Notes under the pieces: generated by a model | What the model saw: the letters and a program-made list of their open reading frames with translations, nothing else | What the model was told of the DNA's origin: nothing | The model's database searches: none | Shown here: in pieces, positions 28,074 through 37,206 of the stretch | Numbering within the stretch: position 1 is the stretch's first letter | Layout of the letters: each line of letters opens with the position of its first letter | Source: Bacteroidota bacterium | GTDB taxonomy: Bacteria > Bacteroidota > Bacteroidia > Chitinophagales > Chitinophagaceae | Length of the DNA: 64,000 nucleotides | Direction: 5' to 3' | Assembly: GCA_023429825.1 (NCBI GenBank) | Contig: JAEZDC010000035.1 | Coordinates: 3,003-67,002, forward strand | Position numbers and translations under genes: made by a program

Positions 28074-29550
28074 GTACTGTGCTTTTAATATAATGGTGCA
28101 TTTGTTTGGCGGCAATATTTCCGGAGATGAGCGCGGGTGGAACACCTGGGCCCGGTACGGTCAACTGCCCCGCATACACTATGTTCTTTATTTTTTTATT
28201 GATGATCTTAGGCTTCAGAATAGCAGTTTGCCTGAGCGTATTCGCAAGACCATATGCGTTTCCATTATAGGCATTGTAATCATTGATAAAATCAGAAACG
28301 CAATAACTCTTTTTGAAATCAATATGTGCTGCAAGGTCTTCTTCACCGGTAAGTTTCTCAAGCCTCGCTAACATTATACGGAAATACTTTTCCCGCGTTG
28401 CTTCGTTGTCATCCAGGCCAGGCGCAATAGGCATGAGAAAGAATAGGTTTTCGTGGCCTATAGGTGCTACAGTTGCATCAGTTTGAGAAGGGCAACATAT
28501 ATAGAACAACGGCTTAGAAGGCCATTGTGGATGTTTGTATATTTCCTTGGAATGTTCAAATAAACTTTCTTCAAAAAATAAAGTGTGGTGGTTGATCTTT
28601 ATCCGTTTGTTCAACCCTACGTAATAGATAAGGCAGGAAGGAGCGAAGGTCTTTTTCTGCCAATATTCTTCTGTGTAATTTCTTTGTTCAGAGGAAAGCA
28701 GCTTCGATTCGATATGATGATAATCTGCAGCAGCAACAATGCCGTCGAACAGATATTCTTCTTCATCAACAACCAATCCTTGTGCTTTGTTGTTTTTAAC
28801 GACGATCTTAGATACAGTAGTCCCATAATTAAATTTTACTCCCTGTTGTTCAGCGATCTTTACCATTGAGCTGATCACCTTACCAAAGCCACCTTTAGGA
28901 TACCATGTTCCAAGTTTTAAACCGGCATAGTTCATCAGGCTATACAAGGCTGGTGTTTCTGAGGGCATAGCCCCCAGAAATAACACGGGAAACTCCATTA
29001 ATGCTGTTAGCTTAGGGTTACTGAAATACTTATTTATGTGGTTTGTAAATGATGTGAATACCTGTAAACGGAAAATGTTTGATAGAACACCTCTGTTAAC
29101 GAATTCCCGCATTGAAAGGCATGGCTTGTACACAAGATCACGGATACCTACTTCATATTTCACTTTAGCTTCCTGCATAAAGTGGTCAAGCTGTAAAGCA
29201 CTTCCCGGCTCAATGGATTCGAACAAATTCCGTAATGATGCATAATCTGCAGGAATACTGATACGTTCATTGTTATCGTAAACCACAGTAAACGCAGGAT
29301 CTAAAAGCTGAAGATCATACAGATCTTTTGTGCAATAACCGAAATCACTAAAGAACTTTTCAAACACGTCTGGCATCCAGTACCAACTGGGGCCCATATC
29401 AAATAGGTAACCTTTTTCTGTAAAGGTTCTTGCTCTGCCCCCTGGCGAATCATTTTTCTCAAAGACTTCCACATCATGGCCCTGCTTTGCTAAATAGCAA
29501 GCTGCACTCAATCCCGAAAAACCGCTTCCGATAACACCTATTTTAGCCAT
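28057..29550 (-). CDS. crtI: phytoene desaturase
   Basis: 497 aa. It has an N-terminal FAD fold (IGVIGSGFSGLSAACYLAKQGHDVEVFEKNDSPGGRA) and a C-terminal ..YAGQLTVPGPGVPPALISG motif. Confidence 0.9.
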   Translation of the reverse strand: MAKIGVIGSGFSGLSAACYLAKQGHDVEVFEKNDSPGGRARTFTEKGYLFDMGPSWYWMPDVFEKFFSDFGYCTKDLYDLQLLDPAFTVVYDNNERISIPADYASLRNLFESIEPGSALQLDHFMQEAKVKYEVGIRDLVYKPCLSMREFVNRGVLSNIFRLQVFTSFTNHINKYFSNPKLTALMEFPVLFLGAMPSETPALYSLMNYAGLKLGTWYPKGGFGKVISSMVKIAEQQGVKFNYGTTVSKIVVKNNKAQGLVVDEEEYLFDGIVAAADYHHIESKLLSSEQRNYTEEYWQKKTFAPSCLIYYVGLNKRIKINHHTLFFEESLFEHSKEIYKHPQWPSKPLFYICCPSQTDATVAPIGHENLFFLMPIAPGLDDNEATREKYFRIMLARLEKLTGEEDLAAHIDFKKSYCVSDFINDYNAYNGNAYGLANTLRQTAILKPKIINKKIKNIVYAGQLTVPGPGVPPALISGNIAAKQMHHYIKSTVHEAII

Positions 29551-29573
29551 GTTTAAAAACTATTTTACCAAAA

Positions 29574-30455
29574 TTAAACATCCATATTCTGCTCAAGTTC
29601 TTCTATTGAACTGATGATCTGAATGTTGCCGGGAACCTTCAGATCAGCGACAACTGATTGGTTAGCTGCAATAAAGATTTTTTTTTGGGGGAATGTATAT
29701 TTTAGTGAACCCAGGTATTCCTGTTGTTGCTGTTTGGTGTAATTATTTACGAAAAAGGTTATAAGGTGAGTGGCACGCGTTTCTTTTACTGCGTCTGCAA
29801 GAGATCGTTGGGGGACATTACTCCCTAAATAGATAACCTTATGGCCTGCGGACCTTATAAGATATGAGGCGAAGAGCAAACCGATTTCGTGGAACTCATC
29901 TTCTGGAAGAAAGCACACCCAGGTTTGTTTTGTATTTGAAGATGCAGATAAAGCATCGATAGCGGTGAATATTTTCTGCCTGAACAGGTTCGAGATAAAA
30001 TGTTCTTTCGCAGGGGGAATTGTATTGGCAGACCAGAGTATTCCTATTCGCTGTAATACAGGATATATGATTTGCTTATAAGTGCCTGTAATTGTAAAGC
30101 GTAACAGGCAATGAGAAAATACCTTCTCAAATGATACTTCATCAAAACTAAGTGCTGCTGAAACAAGTTGCGTGATATAGTAATCATATGCTTCAGATGT
30201 TTGTTTATCCGATTCAGATCGCATAAGCTTAAACAGATGCTCATCTTTCATTACACATAGATCAGAAATCCTGTAACCGGCAGTTGAAAGTGTGACGATA
30301 TTTAATAACCTTCGTAATTGCTGATCATCGTAATACCTGGTATTGCCTTCTGACCGATATGGTGTTAACGCATTATAGCGTTGCTCCCAAATGCGGATGG
30401 TATGGGCCTTAACCCCCGAGAATTGAGCAAGCTGCGAAATGCTGAAATTATTCAT
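29574..30455 (-). CDS. MerR-family regulator with B12-binding domain (CarH/LitR-type light-responsive repressor)
   Basis: It has a MerR HTH (FSISQLAQFSGVKAHTIRIWEQRY), a Wx9EH motif (W-SANTIPPAK-EH) and an ExHxxG cobalamin-ligand motif (EFHEIG). It is the first gene of the crt operon. Confidence 0.8.
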   Translation of the reverse strand: MNNFSISQLAQFSGVKAHTIRIWEQRYNALTPYRSEGNTRYYDDQQLRRLLNIVTLSTAGYRISDLCVMKDEHLFKLMRSESDKQTSEAYDYYITQLVSAALSFDEVSFEKVFSHCLLRFTITGTYKQIIYPVLQRIGILWSANTIPPAKEHFISNLFRQKIFTAIDALSASSNTKQTWVCFLPEDEFHEIGLLFASYLIRSAGHKVIYLGSNVPQRSLADAVKETRATHLITFFVNNYTKQQQQEYLGSLKYTFPQKKIFIAANQSVVADLKVPGNIQIISSIEELEQNMDV

Positions 30456-30465
30456 GTTTAAAAAA

Positions 30466-30473
30466 CAAATGTA
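30466..30473 (-). promoter_or_regulatory. Bacteroidota -7 promoter box (TAcaTTTG) for the carH-crt operon
   Basis: An exact TAnnTTTG match on the minus strand lies about 10 nt upstream of the ATG. It sits inside the inverted repeat gtttaaa (30456-30462) / tttaaac (30478-30484). Confidence 0.4.
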
Positions 30474-30527
30474 TATATTTAAACAATCAATTCACTTCAT
30501 TCTAAAGATTAAATTTTATTTTTATTC

Positions 30528-31313
30528 ATGTACAGTCTTCCGGATATATCAAGCCCGATCAACTTTCTTATAACTTCTGCAATAATATTCATGGTTGTGG
30601 TGGGGAGGTATTTCCTGGTAGCAGGGCTGTTTTATGTGGCTTTTTATATATGGCAACCTCGAAAATGGCAATCAAGAAAGATCAGCGCAAGGGAACATAG
30701 CAGTAAACAATTGCAAACAGAGATAGGATGGAGTATGATCACAGCTTTTATATTCGCTCTCACAGGTGCGTTGGCTGTTCTATTGTGGCAGATGGGTTGG
30801 TTGAAAGTATATATTAATGTTACAGACTATTCAATATGGTGGATGCCTGCGAGTTTTTTTATTGCTATGATACTTCACGAAACTTATTATTATTGGCTGC
30901 ACCGGTGGATGCACATGCCAAAGGTTTTCAGGTTACTGCACAAAGTGCATCATGATAGCAACATCACTTCGCCCTGGACGGCGTTTTCTTTTCACCCGTT
31001 TGAAGGTGTGCTCCAGGCAATTTTTTTACCTGCATTACTATTGATCCTTCCTATGCATTTGTATGTATTGATCCTACAACTTACTTTAATGACTTTCAGC
31101 AGTGTGATCAATCACCTCGATATTGAGATCTATCCTAAAAAATTCAATCGCCATTTTATTGGACGTTGGCTGATCGGCGCCACACATCATTCACTTCATC
31201 ACAAACAGTTCAGGTATAACTATGGATTGTATTTCACTTTCTGGGATAAGTGGAAACGTACAGAGAGTCCTCTTTATAACGACACATTCGAGTCAAAAAC
31301 GAATGCAGAATAA
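30528..31313 (+). CDS. fatty-acid hydroxylase / sterol desaturase superfamily membrane protein (candidate carotenoid-modifying enzyme)
   Basis: 261 aa with His boxes HETYYYWLHRWMH, HKVHH and HHSLHH. It is divergent from the carH-crt operon. Confidence 0.72.
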   Translation: MYSLPDISSPINFLITSAIIFMVVVGRYFLVAGLFYVAFYIWQPRKWQSRKISAREHSSKQLQTEIGWSMITAFIFALTGALAVLLWQMGWLKVYINVTDYSIWWMPASFFIAMILHETYYYWLHRWMHMPKVFRLLHKVHHDSNITSPWTAFSFHPFEGVLQAIFLPALLLILPMHLYVLILQLTLMTFSSVINHLDIEIYPKKFNRHFIGRWLIGATHHSLHHKQFRYNYGLYFTFWDKWKRTESPLYNDTFESKTNAE

Positions 31314-31334
31314 GATCATTGATCGGGGCTATTG

Positions 31335-31679
31335 CTAACTCTGCCTCAGTTCTGTTATAAATTCTTTGATCGATCTCATCTGTTCCGGTGATAATTTTTT
31401 TAGTTCTTCGGATAGATTTAACTCAACTGCCCGCAGCTTTTGCAATGGATGATCTTCTGATACGGCAATATCATCTTCCGGCACCCATTTAAACAGGTCG
31501 TCAATCGTACAATGCAGAGCCAGGCAAAGTTTTTCCAGGTGTTTTGTATGGATCTTATCAATTAGGCCATTTACCAACCGGCTGGCAGTGTGATGCGCAA
31601 TACCATGCTTCATCAGATAAGCGGTGTGGCGCTCTATTCCTTTATTGAACATGAGTTGCTGAAGGTTGAGTTTGAGCAT
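31335..31679 (-). CDS. XRE-family helix-turn-helix transcriptional regulator
   Basis: 114 aa. The N-terminal 60 aa resemble a Cro/C1-type HTH (..HTAYLMKHGIAHHTASRLVNG..LEKLCLALHCTIDDLF). Confidence 0.65.
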   Translation of the reverse strand: MLKLNLQQLMFNKGIERHTAYLMKHGIAHHTASRLVNGLIDKIHTKHLEKLCLALHCTIDDLFKWVPEDDIAVSEDHPLQKLRAVELNLSEELKKLSPEQMRSIKEFITELRQS

Positions 31680-31872
31680 ATAGGGTTATTTTGTTTGAAA
31701 GATTGCGATGTGTGCAATAACTATTTTAAAGAACGTACTAAACTGCAGAATGTGTATATAGAAGCTGCTAAAGCAAGCATTAAATATTCAGCGTTGAGCA
31801 TGTAAATAATTAATGTGAGCACCATATCAATTAAAGGGTGTTTATTTTATGTCAATGCGGGAATTAAAACTG

Positions 31873-31980
31873 CTAAAGGGTAAATAAAAAGCTTCGAAGC
31901 GTGCACAAAACATAGGGAAGTGTGCATAACCTGAACCAATGCAGGCACAGAGAAACGCAAGTAGGGTATAAGAAGGGGCA
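31873..31980 (+). repeat. 21-bp periodic degenerate array (about 5 units), same family and orientation as 10393-10605
   Basis: Anchors fall at 31875 (aaag), 31896 (gaag), 31917 (gaag), 31938 and 31959, each 21 nt apart. Units include cttcGAAGcGTGCAcaaaacat and agGGAAGtGTGCAtaacc. Confidence 0.55.
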
Positions 31981-32009
31981 AAAATAAACGGGATTTAGTA
32001 ACCTTGCAG

Positions 32010-32771
32010 ATGAACAAGATCGTACTGATTACCGGGGCTACATCCGGTTTTGGAAAAGCTACCGCTGAAAAATTTGCATCTCACAAATGGAATTGTATTG
32101 TAACAGGTAGAAGATCGGAACGCCTGCATGAGCTGGCAGAGGAGTTAAGAAGCAAGTATGATGTGAGGGTATTATCACTTGTATTCGATGTTCGTGATAA
32201 AGCGGAGGTGTTCACGCAACTGGGTAACCTTCCTGCTGAATGGAAAGATGTTGATATACTTGTAAACAATGCGGGTCTTGCGCTGGGCCGTGATAGTTTT
32301 GAAAATGCGAGCATTGAAGATTGGGATACGATGTTCGATACGAACGTAAAAGGACTGTACTACGTTACAAAAGCAGTTTTACCCAATATGATTGAAAGGA
32401 AGCAGGGACATATCATCAATCTTGGATCAACTGCTGCGAAGGAAGTGTACAAAGATGGAAATGGATACTGTGCCAGCAAGCATGCGGTGGATGCTTTTAG
32501 TAAAGCGATGCGAACTGATCTGCTGCCATACAGTATAAAAGTTACCAATGTTAATCCTGGTGCTGCTGAAACAGAATTTTCTATAGTGCGTTTTAAAGGT
32601 GATGAAGCAAAAGCGAAAGCTGCATACAATGGATATACACCACTATATGCTGAAGATGTGGCAGATACTATTTATTACTGTGCTACTTTGCCTGCTCATG
32701 TATGTATCAATGATCTTGTAATGACCTGCACTGCACAGGCAAATAATTTTTATTTCCATAAAGAAGTATAA
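32010..32771 (+). CDS. SDR-family NAD(P)-dependent oxidoreductase (YdfG-like)
   Basis: It has a TGATSGFG cofactor motif, an NNAG motif and a YCASKHA catalytic YxxxK. The start is at ATG 32010. Confidence 0.88.
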   Translation: MNKIVLITGATSGFGKATAEKFASHKWNCIVTGRRSERLHELAEELRSKYDVRVLSLVFDVRDKAEVFTQLGNLPAEWKDVDILVNNAGLALGRDSFENASIEDWDTMFDTNVKGLYYVTKAVLPNMIERKQGHIINLGSTAAKEVYKDGNGYCASKHAVDAFSKAMRTDLLPYSIKVTNVNPGAAETEFSIVRFKGDEAKAKAAYNGYTPLYAEDVADTIYYCATLPAHVCINDLVMTCTAQANNFYFHKEV

Positions 32772-32790
32772 AACATCACATTGTTAAACT

Positions 32791-32826
32791 AAAATTCCAA
32801 ACTCAAAAGAGTTTGGAATTTTTTTA
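32791..32826. terminator. bidirectional intrinsic terminator
   Basis: A perfect 12-bp stem, aattccaaactc with gagtttggaatt, has a 4-nt loop and is followed by a T7 run. It lies between convergent genes. Confidence 0.85.
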
Positions 32827-32840
32827 TTGAAGAAAGTAGA

Positions 32841-35459
32841 TCATCTTATCAACACAATCGTCCCTTTCCTCGTTACTTTATTACCTGAATAATCTATGGC
32901 TTGTGCAGAATATACAAATGTGCCTGAAGGTTGATCGATACCGCTGAGTTTTCCATTCCATCCCTGGCCGATCACACTGGTCTGATATACCAGTTGTCCC
33001 CAACGGTTGTAAATGCGGAAGTAATCAAGCTGCTGCATACCGACCAATATCGGTTTTAAGTTATCATTCTTACCATCATTGTTAGGAGTAAAACCTGAAG
33101 GAACGAATATCTCAGGGCCCGTTTTGAAGACTTTCACTTTAATATCATCTGTATCAAAACAACCGTTCGCATCGCTGGCTCTTACAACATATGTAACGCT
33201 GTCATAGCTTGCATTCAACGTCACGATTGGATTAGGAATGGTAGAACTGCTCATTCCAAATGTCGGAGACCATAAATAGTTTGTCGCACCAGTTGCATTC
33301 AATTGTAATGGTTGATTAGCTACTACGATGGTATCATTTCCTGCGAAAGCATGTATTTCAGGAATCACGGTAACTGTAACAGTATCGGATTTTGGTAAAG
33401 GACAAATTCCCTGGCTGTATGCAGTGAAAATATAATTAGTAGTTGCTGTGGGTGCTGCCTGCGGGGTTAGTGAAGTAGAATTGATGAGTGTGCTCACCGG
33501 CGACCAGGTGAATGATGTACCCGTATAGTTGGCGTTGAGTGTGACACGGTCACCGAAACAGATCGTTTCATCATCTCCTGCATTTGCAATTGGATATGGA
33601 GCAGTACGGATAAGAATTGAATCTCTTGCCTGGCATTTACCCAAATTTGCTGTGACATAATATCGAATACTATCGAGTAAAGGAGAAGCCTTAGGATACT
33701 TCACCGTAGTACTGCTTAAACCCGTTGCCGGCGTCCATATATAACTCAATGCATGACTGGTGGTGTTGAGGATAATACTATCCGTTCGGCAGATACCCGT
33801 ATCCTGGCCAAGTTCTACTGCAATGAAATCAAGTACGTTGACGGTGATCGTATCCTGTTTGATACATCCATTCTCATTTAATGTAACGATGTATTGCGTT
33901 GTATCTTTTGGATATACCAAAGGCGTAGCGGTGTTAGGATTAATGATATTGTAATTCGGCGTCCAGGTGAAGATGCCGTTGCCCTGGCCAATCAGTTGTA
34001 AAGTATCGATGCTGCAAATGAGCGTATCCCTGAATGGCAGATTGAGTATTGGATTATCTCTGACAGTTACAGGCTTTATTAAAGTATCGATACAACCTTT
34101 GCTATTAGTAACGATTAGTTGAACGTTCATTATGCCAGAGCTGGGATATTGATATGATGGATTCTTTACGAGGCTTGTGTCAGCATTCGTAGTAAGATCA
34201 CCGAAGTTCCATTTCCACGTATCTACAATACCATAAGCGGTAACGGTTGCATCTGTGAATTGGAAAGGGCTTTGAAAGCATGCACCTGAAACGTTGAAGT
34301 TGGGGGTGAAGCCGGGGTAAACAGACATGACCGTGGTTGCTGAATCCTGGCATGCGCCTGTAGTAACGGTCAGTTTTATCGTAAATCTTCCTGTATCGGA
34401 GAACGTGTGTGTTGGGGCAGGCTGTGTTGAAGTATTGTTTGCGCCGCTACCCGGATCGCCGAAATTCCATAAGTAACCTGTTATTCCTGAAGAACTGGAT
34501 TCGTTTTGAAAATTCCACGAAAAACCATCACAGGTAATATATGAAGGAGCTAATTCTGCAGCGGTAGATGTACAATCTCCAACCTTGATGATAAAATCTT
34601 TTCTATGCTCATTTATTTTCACGCCGTTTCTCCACTCTTCAACTGTAACGCAAATCACATAACGATTCGGTGCCGCAGGTGCAATACCACTGATGATACC
34701 CGTTTGTGAATTGATCGTTACTCCGGGGCCTAAAGGTTGTGTTCCGCTATAAGGATTCAGATATGTTAAGATGGGTAAAGATAGAGTAGGAGGTGGTGGT
34801 GGATTTGGATTGGCATTGGTTCCGGTAGTGCCGTCATAAGCAGGTGAAAAATAATACACCAATGAATCGCCATTTGCATCAGTAGCGCTAAAGTCTAATG
34901 TAAACGAAGTGTTTTTACAAATCGTGGAAGTATCTCTTGTTACAAATTGTGGGCTGCTATTCTGCCCCGTTGGAAGTGAAGTCGTTCCTGGTATCTTGGT
35001 TACAAAGGTAGCTCCAACAAAAGTGCCGGTAACATTTTCCAATGTGGTTCTTGTATAACGTATCCATGATAAAGTGTATCCATCCGCGCTATTTGGCAGA
35101 TCAATCGTTCCGGTAAAAGTTCCGATCTGATAACACAGGCTCACGAAGGGATTTAAGCAGGGATTTGCACCATTCGTATTTTGAATAGTTGCAATAGGAC
35201 CTGACAAGGGCAGTGAAAGTGTGGTAAAAAGATTTAAACCAGCGCTATGATAAATTCCGATGTTAACTGTTTCAGCGCTTAACGCCTGACCCACAGATTC
35301 ACATTCTCTGAAAAGCCTCATTGTAATAGTATACTTGCTGGTATTAGGGGCAACGCCTGGTCCCTGGTAAGTATATGTTAACTCACCCGCGGCGATGTGC
35401 GTGGCATAAGAAGATAAGGTGATGCAGATCAATGTAGCAATCAGTACAATTCTTTTCAT
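32841..35459 (-). CDS. large adhesin-like protein with PKD-like repeats and T9SS type-B (gliding-motility-associated) C-terminal domain
   Basis: Signal peptide MKRIVLIATLICITLSSYA (ATG 35459). It has PKD-like WNFGD motifs. The C-terminus FVPSGFTPNNDGKNDNLKP..YNRWGQLVY..GWNG is the type-B CTD signature. Confidence 0.8.
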   Translation of the reverse strand: MKRIVLIATLICITLSSYATHIAAGELTYTYQGPGVAPNTSKYTITMRLFRECESVGQALSAETVNIGIYHSAGLNLFTTLSLPLSGPIATIQNTNGANPCLNPFVSLCYQIGTFTGTIDLPNSADGYTLSWIRYTRTTLENVTGTFVGATFVTKIPGTTSLPTGQNSSPQFVTRDTSTICKNTSFTLDFSATDANGDSLVYYFSPAYDGTTGTNANPNPPPPPTLSLPILTYLNPYSGTQPLGPGVTINSQTGIISGIAPAAPNRYVICVTVEEWRNGVKINEHRKDFIIKVGDCTSTAAELAPSYITCDGFSWNFQNESSSSGITGYLWNFGDPGSGANNTSTQPAPTHTFSDTGRFTIKLTVTTGACQDSATTVMSVYPGFTPNFNVSGACFQSPFQFTDATVTAYGIVDTWKWNFGDLTTNADTSLVKNPSYQYPSSGIMNVQLIVTNSKGCIDTLIKPVTVRDNPILNLPFRDTLICSIDTLQLIGQGNGIFTWTPNYNIINPNTATPLVYPKDTTQYIVTLNENGCIKQDTITVNVLDFIAVELGQDTGICRTDSIILNTTSHALSYIWTPATGLSSTTVKYPKASPLLDSIRYYVTANLGKCQARDSILIRTAPYPIANAGDDETICFGDRVTLNANYTGTSFTWSPVSTLINSTSLTPQAAPTATTNYIFTAYSQGICPLPKSDTVTVTVIPEIHAFAGNDTIVVANQPLQLNATGATNYLWSPTFGMSSSTIPNPIVTLNASYDSVTYVVRASDANGCFDTDDIKVKVFKTGPEIFVPSGFTPNNDGKNDNLKPILVGMQQLDYFRIYNRWGQLVYQTSVIGQGWNGKLSGIDQPSGTFVYSAQAIDYSGNKVTRKGTIVLIR

Positions 35460-35609
35460 GTAATCTATCCTTTCAGCAGGGTATTGAATAAGGCGTGAAT
35501 GTACTAAGTTCCCTAATCCATTCACAATCATTTAACGGCTTTACAACACTTGATTAAGAGTGAGATAAAGTACAATTCGCTGCCTTGTGTAAGCAGAAAG
35601 ATAAATGAA

Positions 35610-36785
35610 TTACTTATCTGTGACTTCTACAATGAGGAATTTCAGGTAGTTAGTGTTTTCCATGCCCCAAACGATCGGGTGATCACTGCTTTGTGTATTA
35701 AAGATTACCTGCCTGAGTTTTTTGCGGGCATCTTTGGCTGCCATCTCTATGATCTCTAAAAATAATTCAGGTTGTACCAGGTTAGTACAGCTGCTGGTGA
35801 CAAGAAAGCCACCGTTCTTTAATAACCTCATTCCCCGCAGGTTGATCTCTTTGTACCCTGTGATCGCTTTTTGAATATTCTCCCTGCTTTTTGTAAATGC
35901 CGGAGGGTCAAGCATCACCACATCATATTTCCTTCCTTCCTTCACCCAAAGCTTTAAAACATCAAAGGCATTCATTGCTTCAAACTTCACAACGTTTTCA
36001 AGGCTATTCAATGCAGCGTTGCGATTAGCCTGCGCTACTGCATTCTCCGAGATATCCAAACCAAGCACAGACTTAGCTCCATAGTGTGCAGCATGAATCT
36101 CGAATGTGCCGGTATAGGTGAATGCACCCAATACATCCGCACCTTTCACTATATGCTGAATAGCCCTGCGATTGTCTTGTTGATCGAGAAAATAACCTGT
36201 CTTTTGGCCGTTCTCAATATCCACATGAAACTTCAAACCATTTTCATTGATGATAATATTCGTGTCGAAAGGTTCTGATAAAAAAGCCTTTTGTTGCGGC
36301 AAGCCTTCCAGTTCTCTTACAGGCACATCGTTTCTTTCATAGATGCCTTTAGGATTGAATATCTGCTGTAGTGCTTTTACAATGGCAGGCTTCCAGATAT
36401 CTATCCCGTAGGCTAGTGTTTGTATAACAAAGTAGTCGTTGAACTTATCGATGATGAGCGCAGGCATTTGATCTGCTTCACCAAAGATCAGCCTGCAATT
36501 TTCTATATAGCCGAGTTTTTGACGGTACTGCCAGGCCTGTAATATCCTGTTGTAAAAGAATTGTTCTTTGATATCTTCTTTACTTCTCGTAAGTAAACGA
36601 ACGATGATCTGTGATTTCGGATTGATGTAACCTCTGCCGCAAAATTTTTCATCTGCATAAAACACATCCACGATCTCCCCGGCGGTTATCTCGCCATCTA
36701 TCTTATTTACTTCGTTGGCAAATATCCAGGGATGTCCGTTTGCTATTCTGGGTGCAATTTTTTTCTTTAGATACACTTTCGTCAT
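35610..36785 (-). CDS. class I SAM-dependent rRNA (cytosine-C5) methyltransferase, RlmI-like with PUA domain
   Basis: The start is at ATG 36785 (MTKVYLKKKIAPRIANGHPWIF..). It has the SAM-MTase motifs VLGAFTYTGTF and DVVMLDPPAF. Confidence 0.8.
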   Translation of the reverse strand: MTKVYLKKKIAPRIANGHPWIFANEVNKIDGEITAGEIVDVFYADEKFCGRGYINPKSQIIVRLLTRSKEDIKEQFFYNRILQAWQYRQKLGYIENCRLIFGEADQMPALIIDKFNDYFVIQTLAYGIDIWKPAIVKALQQIFNPKGIYERNDVPVRELEGLPQQKAFLSEPFDTNIIINENGLKFHVDIENGQKTGYFLDQQDNRRAIQHIVKGADVLGAFTYTGTFEIHAAHYGAKSVLGLDISENAVAQANRNAALNSLENVVKFEAMNAFDVLKLWVKEGRKYDVVMLDPPAFTKSRENIQKAITGYKEINLRGMRLLKNGGFLVTSSCTNLVQPELFLEIIEMAAKDARKKLRQVIFNTQSSDHPIVWGMENTNYLKFLIVEVTDK

Positions 36786-36807
36786 GGTGCAAAGATAATT
36801 GTGCGTA

Positions 36808-37206
36808 TTAGTTGAACTGAACAGGGATCTTGCCGAGAAAAGCAAACACAGCAATAATGATGAGTACTACAGCAGTGAACGTTAGTATAGTGGGTGTAAC
36901 CTTTGTCCATTTGCTGTTGATATAATATTTATTCGGCTCTGCGGGATCGTACACCAATGTAACCTGTTGACCTTTCTTAAAAATGCCGCCTGGATAACTC
37001 GTATTGGATCGTGCGGTTATCCATTCGTTTTGTAGCGTTAAAAATCTTACTACAGGATATAATCTTCTTCCATCATCTTCAAAGTCAAATATCACACCAT
37101 CTGCAGGTAAACCATTTTGAAATGCTTTGCTTAAACGGTTACCTACAATTCTTGCGAGTATCAATGTGCCTATACCACCTAGTAAAAGAATAAATCCTGT
37201 TATCAT
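36808..37206 (-). CDS. DUF3592-like membrane protein
   Basis: 132 aa with N- and C-terminal TM helices flanking a small beta domain (..YPVVRF..V.YDP..P). Confidence 0.6.
   Translation of the reverse strand: MITGFILLLGGIGTLILARIVGNRLSKAFQNGLPADGVIFDFEDDGRRLYPVVRFLTLQNEWITARSNTSYPGGIFKKGQQVTLVYDPAEPNKYYINSKWTKVTPTILTFTAVVLIIIAVFAFLGKIPVQFN

Noticed and set aside
28074-28145. Longer N-terminus of crtB (MFHPRSSPEILPPNKCTIILKAQY..) overlapping the crtI 3' end by about 90 nt
   Set aside because: The extension lies inside crtI coding sequence and shows no similarity to phytoene synthase N-termini. The internal ATG at 28073 gives a typical MKLLFDEVS.. start with a 17-nt overlap.
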